64,000 bases of DNA from an uncultured Gemmatimonadales bacterium. Lineage in GTDB: Bacteria; Gemmatimonadota; Gemmatimonadetes; Longimicrobiales; Gaopeijiaceae. The translations under genes were made by a program, and so were the position numbers. Location of the stretch: NCBI GenBank assembly GCA_963809895.1, contig CAWELD010000010.1, positions 160,001-224,000 on the forward strand. The letters are read 5' to 3'. The notes beneath the pieces were generated by a model, which had not been told where the DNA came from, did no database searches, and saw only the letters and a program-made list of their open reading frames with translations. Shown here piece after piece: positions 19,555 to 32,235 of the stretch. Numbering within the stretch: position 1 is the stretch's first letter; each line of letters starts with the position of its first letter.

Positions 19555-20580
19555 GGCATTCTTCCTTCCGATCGTCTCGTCATGGATGGAATCGGCGCAC
19601 CGGGGCGCGGCGCGGCCGACGTCGTTTACGCATTGTGGTCGTTCCCCTCGTCCGCCGCCGCACCGCTTGCCGACCCGTTCCGCCCAGGCCGCGAGCTCCG
19701 GGGGAACCGTGCGGCTCCGCCGGGCATGGTGCACCTCCGCCGGGGTCGAGGTCCCCTGCTCCGTGACCACCCGATCCACCAGCTCCTCGGGGATCAACTC
19801 GAAGTAGCGGTTCCAGACCCGCACTCCGGCCGGCGCCCGCCAGACCTCTTCACCGGGCCGGGCGTCGTCCACCGGCTGGGGAAAACCCGGCGGCAACACT
19901 TTCGTGCCGTCCGCCAGCACCCACACCGGCACGCCGAGGGCCCGGGCCGACCGGGCCAGGGCGCGGCTGCCGATCTTGTTCACGATGCCCCGGTCGCCGA
20001 TGGAGTCGGCGCCCAGGAGCACAGCGTCGCTCCCCGAAAGGAGGGATTCCGCCGCGGCGTCCACCGCGAAGGTCACCGCCACGCCGGCTTCGGCCAGAGC
20101 GCCGGCCAGCGTCCGACCCTCCGACATGGGTCGGCTCTCCAGGCAGATCGCCCTCAAGCCGCGCCCTGCGCTCTCCGACAGCGTCGCCCGTACCGTAGAC
20201 GATGCCGACAAGGTAACCACGGTGCCGCCGTCCGGCAGGAGTCTCGCGGCCCTCCGGCCCACCTTTCGTGTTCGCTCCTCCACGGCGCTGCGGAAGCTCT
20301 CGGCGGCCCTGGCCGCTTCGCGACGGGCTTCCTCGAGGTCCGAAAGCCCGTCCAGCGCGTTGAGGACGGCCGACAGGAGCGCCACCAGCGGTGCCATGGA
20401 CGGCTGTGCGTCGAGCATCCGCACGCTCAACGCCGCGAGCGTGCCCCGCAGCCCTGCGGCGTCGTCGGCCGGGGCCCGCACAGCGACCCTGCGGACCACC
20501 TCGGCGGCGGTTCGGCTCACCACCGCCGCGCCGCTGACCACGTCGGCCCGCAGGGGCGCGACCAGCGCGTCCAGGTTCAC
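19555..20580 (-). CDS. eIF-2B alpha/beta/delta-like protein (no stop before the ACAD gene in this assembly)
   Basis: QPSMA, TLS.SSTV, ESRP..EG, LLGAD and NKIGS motifs, plus FELIP...VVTE.G. Confidence 0.8.
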
Positions 20581-20736
20581 CCGTGCTCCGGGAGCGGATT
20601 GGGAAGGTCGAACACCCTGAAACTACGGGAGCGTGAGGCGTGGGAAAAGCCACCGGGAGCCATGTCGCGCCCACGGATAATCTTCTATCTTCCGAGCGGT
20701 CGAACCCTCTCACACGCCTGCACGCGAGGCTCACCG

Positions 20737-21126
20737 ATGTCCGATATCCCTCAGGGGTTCCTCTACACTCCCGAACACGAATACATGAAGCGCGCCGATG
20801 AGGACGACGTCTACCTCGTCGGTGTCACCGATTACGCCCAGGGCGAGCTCGGAGACGTGGTGTTCGTGGAGCTGCCGTCCGCCGGCGCCGAGTTCGAGCG
20901 CATGGATTCGTTCGGCACCATCGAGGCCGTCAAGGCTGTCAGCGACCTCTACTGCCCGGTCAAGGCCGAGGTTCTCGAGGTCAACGAGGCGCTGGACGAC
21001 GACCCGTCGCTGGTGAACAGCGACCCCTACGGCGCCGGCTGGATGATCCGGGTCCGGGTCCTGGACACGACGCAGGTCGAGTCCCTCATGGACGCCGCCG
21101 CCTACGCCGAGCACGTCGGCGACTGA
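20737..21126 (+). CDS. gcvH: glycine cleavage system H protein
   Basis: [22 protein letters not shown], lipoyl site EAVKAVSD and N.DPYG.GW. Confidence 0.96.
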   Translation: MSDIPQGFLYTPEHEYMKRADEDDVYLVGVTDYAQGELGDVVFVELPSAGAEFERMDSFGTIEAVKAVSDLYCPVKAEVLEVNEALDDDPSLVNSDPYGAGWMIRVRVLDTTQVESLMDAAAYAEHVGD

Positions 21127-21161
21127 CGGTCGACGACCAACGGATCGAGAGGGATGTCATC

Positions 21162-24047
<2,886 letters not shown>

Positions 24048-24074
24048 CCGAGAACCGTAATCCGGGAGTGGACG

Positions 24075-24758
24075 ATGGCCACCCTGCTGTATCACGGCCA
24101 TGCGACCTGCACGCTGGTCACCGACGACGGCACACGCCTCGTGTTCGACCCCTTCTTCAACGACAATCCCGCCACCGACCTGAGCGTGGACGACGTGGAG
24201 GCCGACTACATCCTGGTCTCCCACGGCCACTTCGATCACTTCTCCGACTGCGTGGCCCTGGCGCGGCGCACCGGCGCCAAGGTGATCTCCACCTTCGAGC
24301 TGGTGAACTTCTGTGCCGAGCACGGGGCGGACAACGGCCACGGCATGAACATCGGCGGGAGCCATCGCTTTCCCTTCGGCACCGTGAAGCTCACGCCCGC
24401 GGTGCACACCGGATCGGTCGCCGGCGACGAGGACGGGACCCACACCACCGACTGCGTGGGGTTCCTGGTCGACGTGGACGGGGTGCGGTTCTACCACTCC
24501 GGTGACACGGCGCTGATCATGGACTTCCAGCTCCTCAAGGGGCAGGTGGACGTAGCGCTGCTCCCCATCGGCGACAACTTCACCATGGGACCGGAAGACG
24601 CCGCCCGCGCCGTGGCGTTCATCGAGCCGAAGACGGTGGTGCCCATCCACTACAACACCTGGGAGCTCATCGCCCAGGACCCGGAGCACTTCAAGAGCCT
24701 GGTGGGCGACCGAGCGCGCGTAGAGGTGGTGCCACCAGGAGGCGAGCTGAAGCTCTGA
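24075..24758 (+). CDS. metallo-beta-lactamase-fold hydrolase (UPF0173-like)
   Basis: SHGHFDH, YHSGDT, LPIGDNFTMG and PIHYNT motifs. Confidence 0.9.
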   Translation: MATLLYHGHATCTLVTDDGTRLVFDPFFNDNPATDLSVDDVEADYILVSHGHFDHFSDCVALARRTGAKVISTFELVNFCAEHGADNGHGMNIGGSHRFPFGTVKLTPAVHTGSVAGDEDGTHTTDCVGFLVDVDGVRFYHSGDTALIMDFQLLKGQVDVALLPIGDNFTMGPEDAARAVAFIEPKTVVPIHYNTWELIAQDPEHFKSLVGDRARVEVVPPGGELKL

Positions 24759-25546
24759 TCCGGGATCTCTCCTGGGTCGTTCTGGCCGATCCGCCGCTGG
24801 CGGGCGCCCGGAACATGGCCCGTGACCACGCTCTCGCTCGGGCGCTGACCCCGGGCCAGGGCGTGCTCCGTTTCTACCGGTGGGCGCAGCCGACGCTCTC
24901 TTTCGGCCGCAACGAACCCACGGTCGGGCTCTGGCGGAAGGACCTGCTGGAGGGGCGGGGTATCGCCGTCGTGCGCCGCCCCACAGGGGGTCGCGCCGTC
25001 CTCCACCATCGCGAGCTCACCTACGCCGTGGTCGTGCCTCTCGGCGATCGCCGGGCTCTCCGCTCCGTCTACGCGGCGGTGAATCGCGCCCTCACGCGCG
25101 GCCTGTCCGCGCTGGGCGTGCCTGCGCGCATGGCGCCTGCTGCGGGGCGCAGCCTGCCACCCGACGCGGGCCCCTGTTTTCAGGCCCCGGCCGAGGGCGA
25201 GGTCACGGCGCGGGGGCGGAAGCTGGTAGGCAGCGCGCAGGTGCGAATGGGTTCGGCGCTCCTCCAGCATGGCTCCATCCTGCTGGCGGACGATCAAGCC
25301 CTGCTGGCGGAGTTGAGGCGGCACGGGGCCGTCGGAGGCCCGCCGCCGGCGACGCTGGAGGAGGTGCTGGGGCGGGCCCCGGAGCTGGACGACTTGCACG
25401 GGGCGCTGATCCGGGGCTTCGCCGACGAGTTCGGCGGGGGCTGGCCCCACGGCCTGTCACGGGGCACCTTGGCCCCGGAGATGGTGGAGGGTGAGGAGGA
25501 GCTCCTGGTGCGCTACGCCTCACCCGAATGGACCTGGCGCCGCTGA
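24755..25546 (+). CDS. lipoate-protein ligase / LipM-like octanoyltransferase
   Basis: NMA.D, LRFY.W..PTLS.G, VRRPTGGRAVLH, KLVGSAQ and LQHGSI. The conserved region begins upstream of ATG 24815, so CTG 24755 is proposed as start. Confidence 0.88.
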   Translation: MIRDLSWVVLADPPLAGARNMARDHALARALTPGQGVLRFYRWAQPTLSFGRNEPTVGLWRKDLLEGRGIAVVRRPTGGRAVLHHRELTYAVVVPLGDRRALRSVYAAVNRALTRGLSALGVPARMAPAAGRSLPPDAGPCFQAPAEGEVTARGRKLVGSAQVRMGSALLQHGSILLADDQALLAELRRHGAVGGPPPATLEEVLGRAPELDDLHGALIRGFADEFGGGWPHGLSRGTLAPEMVEGEEELLVRYASPEWTWRR

Positions 25547-25565
25547 CCCTCCAACCCGGGACGTC

Positions 25566-27326
25566 ATGATCCTCCGAGCCTCGTACCTGTCCCTCGTGAT
25601 GCTCGTCGCCCTGGCCGCCTGTGGCGGAGAGCAGGGTGCCGCGTCTTCCGGCGAGGATGCCGCCGCGGCAAGCGAGGCCGCGCAGACTTCGGCATTCTGT
25701 GCCGAGGTCCAGCCGAAGGTGGATTCCTTCATGGCGGTGGCCGAGCGCGAGCATCCGACGCCCGACGATCCGCGCTACGGTGGCACGGTCAGCGTGGCCG
25801 GCATCGGCGAGCTCTCCGGCGGCATGAATGCCTTTGCGGGCCAGAACGCTGCCGGAAACCAGCATCAGATGTTCGTGGGTCTGATGACGCTCATCCGTTA
25901 CGACGAGGCGCTGGAGCCGCAGCCGTACCTGGCTCGGTCGTGGGAGGTGGCGCCCGATGGCTCTGCGGTGACATTCCATCTGCGCGACGACGTCTACTGG
26001 CACGATGGCGTGCGCACCAGCGCCTACGACGTGGCCTTCACCTACGAGCGCGCCACCGATCCGGCCACGGCGTTCCCCAACTCGGGGTACTGGGACTACT
26101 ACGTGAAGGGCCCGGAGGGCGTGGAGGTGGCGGACTCCTTCACGGTCACACTGCACATGCGGCCCCATGCGCAGTTCCTGGACGCCTGGCGCACCGTGGC
26201 CATCATGCCGGAGCACCTCCTGGCCGACGTGCCCCCCGCGGAGCTCGGTCAGCATCCCATCGGCGTCGAATGCCCCGTGGGCAACGGTCCCTTCGTTTTC
26301 GTGGCGCACCGCGGCCAGGAGAGTTGGACCTTCCGGGCGAATCCCGCATTTCCCGAGGGGCTCGGTGGCCGGCCGTTCGTGGACCGCTACGTCTACCGGA
26401 TCATTCCCGAGCAGTCGACGCTCCTCAACGAGCTGCGCACCGGCGGGATCGATGTCTACGTGTTCGCGCGGCCCGATCAGGCGCAGGCCATCCGACAGGA
26501 GCCTGGCGCCGAACTCCTGACCTTCCCCTCGCGGGAGTTCGTCTTCGTCGGATGGAACACCCGGCGGCCGACGCTGGCCGATGCCAGGGTGCGTCGGGCT
26601 CTCGCCATGGGGGTGAATCGCCGCGAGATGGTGGCGGCCCTCCTGCAGGGGTACGGGTCGGTGGCCAACGCCAGCGTGCCTCCCTTCCACTTCGCGTACG
26701 ATCCGGATGTCGGAGGCTCCGTGCATTACGATCCGGATCACGCCAGGGCCCTGTTGGATTCCGCCGGCTGGCGGGATTCCGACGGCGACGGCGTGCGCCA
26801 GAACGCTCAGGGGGTGCCTCTGGTCATCAGTATCAAGTACAACTCGGGCAATGCCCAGCGTGAGCAGATCGCCGAGATCATGCAGGCCCAGCTCGGCGAG
26901 ATCGGGGTCGAGATCCAGCCGGAGGTGGTGGAGTTCAACACCCTGCTCGGCCAGGTGACCGATCCCGGCTCCCGCGACTTCGACGGCTTCGTCCTGAGCT
27001 GGGTGCCCGAGTTCCGCGTCGACGATTCGGACCTCTTTCATTCGGAGCGGGTGGATCAGCCCTACCAATGGTCGGGTATCCAGAGCCCCGAGCTGGATCG
27101 TTATCTGGACACGCTCCAGCTCGTCCTGGACCCCACCGAGGCCACGCCCTTGTGGCGGGATTACCAGGAAGCCCTGGTCCGGGAGCAGCCGTACATGTTC
27201 CTGTATTTCCCGGACCATCTGGACGGGGTGAGCACGCGCCTGCACGACGTGGAGATGGACTGGCGCGGCGAGTGGCTGAACATCAAGGACTGGTGGATCG
27301 ATCCGGCCCGGCGGAGCTCGCCGTGA
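25566..27326 (+). CDS. peptide ABC transporter substrate-binding lipoprotein (family 5), copy 1
   Basis: Lipobox LAAC; PYLA.SW, FHLRDDV.WHDG...A.DV.FT and PVGNGPF motifs. Confidence 0.92.
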   Translation: MILRASYLSLVMLVALAACGGEQGAASSGEDAAAASEAAQTSAFCAEVQPKVDSFMAVAEREHPTPDDPRYGGTVSVAGIGELSGGMNAFAGQNAAGNQHQMFVGLMTLIRYDEALEPQPYLARSWEVAPDGSAVTFHLRDDVYWHDGVRTSAYDVAFTYERATDPATAFPNSGYWDYYVKGPEGVEVADSFTVTLHMRPHAQFLDAWRTVAIMPEHLLADVPPAELGQHPIGVECPVGNGPFVFVAHRGQESWTFRANPAFPEGLGGRPFVDRYVYRIIPEQSTLLNELRTGGIDVYVFARPDQAQAIRQEPGAELLTFPSREFVFVGWNTRRPTLADARVRRALAMGVNRREMVAALLQGYGSVANASVPPFHFAYDPDVGGSVHYDPDHARALLDSAGWRDSDGDGVRQNAQGVPLVISIKYNSGNAQREQIAEIMQAQLGEIGVEIQPEVVEFNTLLGQVTDPGSRDFDGFVLSWVPEFRVDDSDLFHSERVDQPYQWSGIQSPELDRYLDTLQLVLDPTEATPLWRDYQEALVREQPYMFLYFPDHLDGVSTRLHDVEMDWRGEWLNIKDWWIDPARRSSP

Positions 27327-29059
27327 GGCGCTGGGCCGTAGGGGTGCTCGCGGTGGCTCTGTGGGCGTGTGGCGGCGGAGACGCGAGCGACGTGGCCACC
27401 GAACAGGCGGGCGATGGCGGCTTCTGTGGGGCGGTGCTGGCGCAGGTGGATTCCTTCACGGCGGCGGCCGAGCGCCGGCACCCGGTTCCCGACGACCCAC
27501 ACTACGGCGGCACCGCCGTCGTGGGCGGTATCGGCGAGATCGCGGCAGGAATGAACGCACTGGTGTCCGCCGACTACGCCGCCGTGCAGCACCAGAAGTT
27601 CGCCAATCTGATGACGCTGATCCGCTACGACCGGGACTTCCGGCCGGCGCCCTGGCTGGCGACCTCGTGGGACGTGGCGCCGGACCACGGCTCGGTGACC
27701 TTTCACCTGCGCGACGACGTCTACTGGCACGACGGGGTGCGCACGAGCGCCTATGACGTGGCCTTCACCTACGAACGCGCCACCGACCCGGAGACGGGCT
27801 TTCCCAACGCCGCCTTCTGGGACTTCTACGTGAAGGGGGCGCAGGGGGTGGAGGTGAGCGACTCCTTCACCGTGACGCTGCACATGCAGCCCCACGCCGA
27901 GTTCCTGGATGCCTGGCGCGCCCTGGCGATCCTGCCCGAGCACCTCCTGGGCGACGTGCCGGCGGCCGAGCTGCGGGACCATCCGTACGGGAGCCAGTGC
28001 CCCGTGGGCAACGGACCCTTCGTGTTCGTCTCGCACCGACCGCAGGAGAGCTGGACGTTCCGGGCGAACCCGGCCTTTCCGGAGGCGCTGGGTGGCCGGC
28101 CCTACCTGGACCGCTACGTCTACCGGATCGTGCCCGAGCCCTCGACGCTGCTCGGGGCGCTCCTGACCGGTGATCTGGACGTCTACATCGCCCCGTCGGC
28201 GGATCAGGCGCAGGCGATCGGGGACGACCCCGACGTGGAGCTGCGCCACTATCCCTTCCGTAGCTACGTCTTCATCGGCTGGAATTCGCGCCGACCGCAG
28301 CTGGCCGACCGGCGCGTGCGCACGGCGCTCACCGTGGGGACGAACCGGCAGGAGATCGTGCAGGCGCTTCTGTACGGGTACGGCCGGGTCGCGAACACGG
28401 GCGTGCCGCCGTTCCACTGGGCCTACGACCCGGCGCTGGAGGATACCCTGGGGTTCGACCCGGACGAGGCGCGCCGGCTCCTGGACGAGGCGGGATGGAT
28501 GGACCGCGACGGCGACGGGGTGCGCGAGAACGCCGAGGGTGTGCCGCTGAGCATCTCTCTCAAGTACAACGCCGGCAACACCCAGCGGCAGGGGATCGCC
28601 GAAGTCATGCAGGCTCAGCTCGCCGACATCGGCGTGGACATCCGTCCCGAGTCGGTGGAGTTCCAGACCCTGGTCGGCCAGATCACGAACCCCGAGGACC
28701 GGGATTTCGATGGTGTCGTCATGTCCTGGGTCCCGGAGTTCAAGGTCGACGACACGGATCTCTTCCACTCGGAGCGCGCGGACCAGCCCTACGGTTGGGC
28801 CGGCACCCACGATCCGGAGTTGGACCGACTGCTGGACACGCTGCAGCTGGTGGTGGATCGCGACGAGGCGCGCCCCCTGTGGCGGGCGTATCAGAGAGAG
28901 CTGATCCGCGAGCAGCCCTACACGTTCTTCTACTTCCAGGATCGGCTGGACGGCGTCTCGACGCGCCTGCGCGACGTGGTCATGGACGCCCGGGGCGAGT
29001 GGGTGAATCTGAAGGACTGGTGGATCCCGCCCGACGAGAGGCGGTCGCCGGCTCCATGA
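27323..29059 (+). CDS. peptide ABC transporter substrate-binding lipoprotein, copy 2
   Basis: GTG at 27323; lipobox LWAC; collinear paralog of copy 1. Confidence 0.92.
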   Translation: MRRWAVGVLAVALWACGGGDASDVATEQAGDGGFCGAVLAQVDSFTAAAERRHPVPDDPHYGGTAVVGGIGEIAAGMNALVSADYAAVQHQKFANLMTLIRYDRDFRPAPWLATSWDVAPDHGSVTFHLRDDVYWHDGVRTSAYDVAFTYERATDPETGFPNAAFWDFYVKGAQGVEVSDSFTVTLHMQPHAEFLDAWRALAILPEHLLGDVPAAELRDHPYGSQCPVGNGPFVFVSHRPQESWTFRANPAFPEALGGRPYLDRYVYRIVPEPSTLLGALLTGDLDVYIAPSADQAQAIGDDPDVELRHYPFRSYVFIGWNSRRPQLADRRVRTALTVGTNRQEIVQALLYGYGRVANTGVPPFHWAYDPALEDTLGFDPDEARRLLDEAGWMDRDGDGVRENAEGVPLSISLKYNAGNTQRQGIAEVMQAQLADIGVDIRPESVEFQTLVGQITNPEDRDFDGVVMSWVPEFKVDDTDLFHSERADQPYGWAGTHDPELDRLLDTLQLVVDRDEARPLWRAYQRELIREQPYTFFYFQDRLDGVSTRLRDVVMDARGEWVNLKDWWIPPDERRSPAP

Positions 29060-30042
29060 CCCGCTACCTGGTGCGGAGGTTGCTGGGGGCCGTGCCCATG
29101 GTTCTGGGCATCGCCACCATCATGTTCTTCGTGGTGAACCTGGCGCCGGGAGATCCCACGCAGCAGATGATCGCGCCGGGGATGCGTGGCGAGGTCATCG
29201 AGCAGATCCGCGAGAACTGGGGCCTGGACCGGCCCATCTACGAGCGCTACGTCGTGTGGCTCGGGAACCTGGTCCGCGGCGACCTGGGCCCGTCGTACTC
29301 CTATTCGCGGCCGGTCTCGGCCGTGATCGCCGACGCCCTTCCCAACACCCTGATCCTGTCGGGTGCGGCGTTGGTGGTCGCCTTTGTGGTGGGCGTGCTC
29401 ATGGGGGTGGTGCAGGCCGTGCGCCAGCACTCTTTCGTGGACGTGACCCTGAGCGTGGTGGCGCTCTTCTTCTATTCCATGCCGTCGTTCTGGCTGGCCA
29501 TCATGCTCATCCTGGTTTTCGCGTACCTGGCCCGGAACGTGTGGCACTGGCCGATCTACTTCCCGGTGTCCGGGCCCCGCAGCGTGGACTACGATCTGCT
29601 GTCGCCCTGGGGCAAGCTCAAGGACCTGGCGTACCACGCGGTACTGCCCGTCACCTCGCTCGCGCTCGTGATGGCGGCGGGCATCGCGCGCTACACCCGG
29701 GGGAGCGTCCTGGAGGTGGTACATCAGGACTTCGTGCGCACCGCCCGGGCCAAGGGCCTGCCGGAGCGCACGGTCATCGCGCGCCACGTGCTCAGGAACG
29801 CCCTCACGCCTGTGATCACCTTGTTGGGCCTGTACCTGCCGGTCCTGTTCAGTGGCACGGTCTTCATCGAGTCCATCTTCGCCTGGCCGGGGATGGGAAA
29901 GACCGTCTTCGACGCCATCTCGCAGCGGGACTACCCGGTGATCATGGCGGCCACGGTGATCTTCGCGACCATGGTCGTGGTGGCGAACCTGCTGGCGGAC
30001 CTCCTGTACGCGCTGGTGGACCCGAGGATTCGCTATGAGTGA
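29056..30042 (+). CDS. peptide ABC permease (OppB/DppB)
   Basis: YLVRRLL, PGDP, RGDLG.S, TARAKGL and RDYPV...NLLADLLY..VDPRI motifs. Confidence 0.93.
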   Translation: MTRYLVRRLLGAVPMVLGIATIMFFVVNLAPGDPTQQMIAPGMRGEVIEQIRENWGLDRPIYERYVVWLGNLVRGDLGPSYSYSRPVSAVIADALPNTLILSGAALVVAFVVGVLMGVVQAVRQHSFVDVTLSVVALFFYSMPSFWLAIMLILVFAYLARNVWHWPIYFPVSGPRSVDYDLLSPWGKLKDLAYHAVLPVTSLALVMAAGIARYTRGSVLEVVHQDFVRTARAKGLPERTVIARHVLRNALTPVITLLGLYLPVLFSGTVFIESIFAWPGMGKTVFDAISQRDYPVIMAATVIFATMVVVANLLADLLYALVDPRIRYE

Positions 30043-31201
30043 GGGTGCGACGGCGTCATCCGGCACGGTGGCCGGCCGGGTGCGGCAGCGGGGCGGTGCG
30101 GCGCTGTCCGCCGTGCTGCCGGGAGCGCCGCAGCTCCTGGCCGGACGTTGGGGCGCGGGGCTGGGCACGCTGGGGCTGTGGGTGTCCCTCGCGGCGCTGC
30201 TGGTGCTGCGGCCCGGCCGGGTGCTCGGCGCCCTGGCAGGCGCCGCCGACGCGAAGGCGGCGGCGTTGGCCGTGCCTCTGGGACTGGTGGGGGCCTGGCT
30301 GTGGTCGTGGCGAGACGTGAAGCGCGCCGCGGGCGGCCCGCCGGAGAGTCGAAGCCAGTGGGATCTGGCGCGGCGGGCGTTCTCACGGAACCGGCTGGCC
30401 GTGGTGGGCCTGCTGGCCGTGGCCGCCTTCTACCTGGTGGCGTTGCTGGCCCCGCTGCTGGCGCCCTTCGACCCGGCGCGGCAGGGCCCCCTGCTGACGG
30501 AGCGGCTGGTGGGGCCGTCGGCGTCGCATCTGCTGGGCACGGACCAGTACGCCCGTGACGTGCTGAGCCGAGTGCTCTACGGCGCCCGCGTCTCGCTGAG
30601 CATCGGGCTCGTCGCCGTGGGCATCAGCGTCACGCTGGGCACCCTGCTGGGCGCTGTGGCAGGCTACCTCGGCGGCATGGCGGATACGGTTCTCATGCGC
30701 CTGGTGGACACGGTGATCGCGTTTCCGCGCCTGGTGTTGCTCATCGCCATCGTCGCGCTCTTCGATCCCTCGCTCTTCTTGATCATGGTGGTGCTGGGGC
30801 TGACCCAATGGCCAGGCACGGCGAGGCTGGTGCGTGGCGAGGTGCTGAGCCTGCGGGAGCGTGAGTTCGTCCTGGCAGCGCGGGCGCTGGGCTACTCCCG
30901 GCGCCGCATCATCCTGCGGCACGTCATCCCCAACGCCCTGGCTCCCGTGATCGTGGCCGCCACCCTGGGGCTCGGGAACGTCATCGTGCTCGAGGCGGGG
31001 CTCTCGTTCCTGGGACTCGGGCTGCGCCCGCCCACACCCACCTGGGGCAGCATGGTGAGCGACGGCCGCGGGCTCATCGAATCGGCGTGGTGGCTCTCCA
31101 CCTTTCCGGGGTTGGCCATCGTGATGGTGGTGCTGGCGTTCAACGTGGTGGGCGACGGTCTCCGGGACGCCCTGGATCCGCGCATGCGGGGGCGATCGTG
31201 A
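30035..31201 (+). CDS. peptide ABC permease (OppC/DppC) with N-terminal extension
   Basis: HLLGTD..RD.LSR.LYGARVSL, EAGLSFLGLG and GDGLRDALDPR motifs. Confidence 0.92.
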   Translation: MSEGATASSGTVAGRVRQRGGAALSAVLPGAPQLLAGRWGAGLGTLGLWVSLAALLVLRPGRVLGALAGAADAKAAALAVPLGLVGAWLWSWRDVKRAAGGPPESRSQWDLARRAFSRNRLAVVGLLAVAAFYLVALLAPLLAPFDPARQGPLLTERLVGPSASHLLGTDQYARDVLSRVLYGARVSLSIGLVAVGISVTLGTLLGAVAGYLGGMADTVLMRLVDTVIAFPRLVLLIAIVALFDPSLFLIMVVLGLTQWPGTARLVRGEVLSLREREFVLAARALGYSRRRIILRHVIPNALAPVIVAATLGLGNVIVLEAGLSFLGLGLRPPTPTWGSMVSDGRGLIESAWWLSTFPGLAIVMVVLAFNVVGDGLRDALDPRMRGRS

Positions 31202-32235
31202 GCGAGGCCCTTCTGCAACTCCGCGAGCTGCGCACCTGGTTCGAGACGGATCAGGGAGTGGCCCGGGCCGTGGACGGCGTCTCGCTGGACGTCCACGAAG
31301 GTGAGACCGTGGGACTGGTGGGCGAGTCGGGGTGCGGCAAGTCGGTGACGGCGTTGTCCGTCATGGGCCTGTTGCCTTCTCTGGTCCGGGATATCCGGCC
31401 GGGGAGCTCCATCCGCTTCCGGGGCGAAGAGCTGGTGGCCGCTCCCCGACGGCGCCTGCGTGAGCTGAGGGGCAACGAGATCTCCATGATCTTCCAGGAG
31501 CCCATGACCTCGCTGAACCCGGTCCAGAGGATCGGACGCCAGGTCGTGGAGCCGCTGCGGTGGCACCGCAAGGTAGGGCGAGCCGACGCGCGCGCCGCCG
31601 GTGTGACCCTGCTGAGGGAGGTGGGACTCGGTGATCCCGAGCGCGAGTTCGACGCCTACCCCCACGAACTGTCGGGAGGGATGCGCCAGCGTGCCATGAT
31701 CGCCATGGCGCTGGCCTGCGAGCCGGCGCTCCTCATCGCCGACGAGCCCACCACGGCGCTGGACGTGACCATCCAGGCCCAGATCCTCGAGCTGCTGGCC
31801 GGCCTGCGGAAGCGGCTGGGGATGTCCCTCCTCCTCATCACGCACGACCTGGGAGTGGTGGCCGAGGTGTGCGACCGCGTGGTGGTCATGTACGCGGGTC
31901 AGGTGGTCGAGCAGGGCACGGTCGAGGAGATCTTCCGACACCCCGTCCACCCCTACACCCGGGGCCTGCTGGATTCGCTTCCGCGGCTCACGGGGCCCCG
32001 CGCTCCGCTCACGCCCATTCCCGGTGCGGTGCCCGCGGCCACGGCCTGGCCGGAGGGGTGTCGCTTCCGGCCGCGCTGCCCTCACGCGTGGGAACGCTGC
32101 GCCGTCGAGCCCCCGCCCCTGCTGGACGTCGCGAGCGACGACTCGTCGGGGCAGCGCGCTCGCTGCTGGCTGGTGGAGGAGCCCGCGCGCCGGGGCGAAC
32201 ACCGTGGGGCGGAAGCAGGAGCTGGAGACGCGTGA
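31198..32235 (+). CDS. peptide ABC ATPase (OppD/DppD)
   Basis: [28 protein letters not shown] and GCRF.PRC motifs. Confidence 0.94.
   Translation: MSEALLQLRELRTWFETDQGVARAVDGVSLDVHEGETVGLVGESGCGKSVTALSVMGLLPSLVRDIRPGSSIRFRGEELVAAPRRRLRELRGNEISMIFQEPMTSLNPVQRIGRQVVEPLRWHRKVGRADARAAGVTLLREVGLGDPEREFDAYPHELSGGMRQRAMIAMALACEPALLIADEPTTALDVTIQAQILELLAGLRKRLGMSLLLITHDLGVVAEVCDRVVVMYAGQVVEQGTVEEIFRHPVHPYTRGLLDSLPRLTGPRAPLTPIPGAVPAATAWPEGCRFRPRCPHAWERCAVEPPPLLDVASDDSSGQRARCWLVEEPARRGEHRGAEAGAGDA

Noticed and set aside
18514..20736. Long extension of gcvH (870-aa ORF)
   Set aside because: Antisense shadow of the ACAD and eIF-2B-like genes; GcvH starts at 20737.
20581..20736. Glycine riboswitch upstream of gcvH-gcvP
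   Set aside because: No aptamer consensus visible. gcvT is absent here, but split gcv loci are common.
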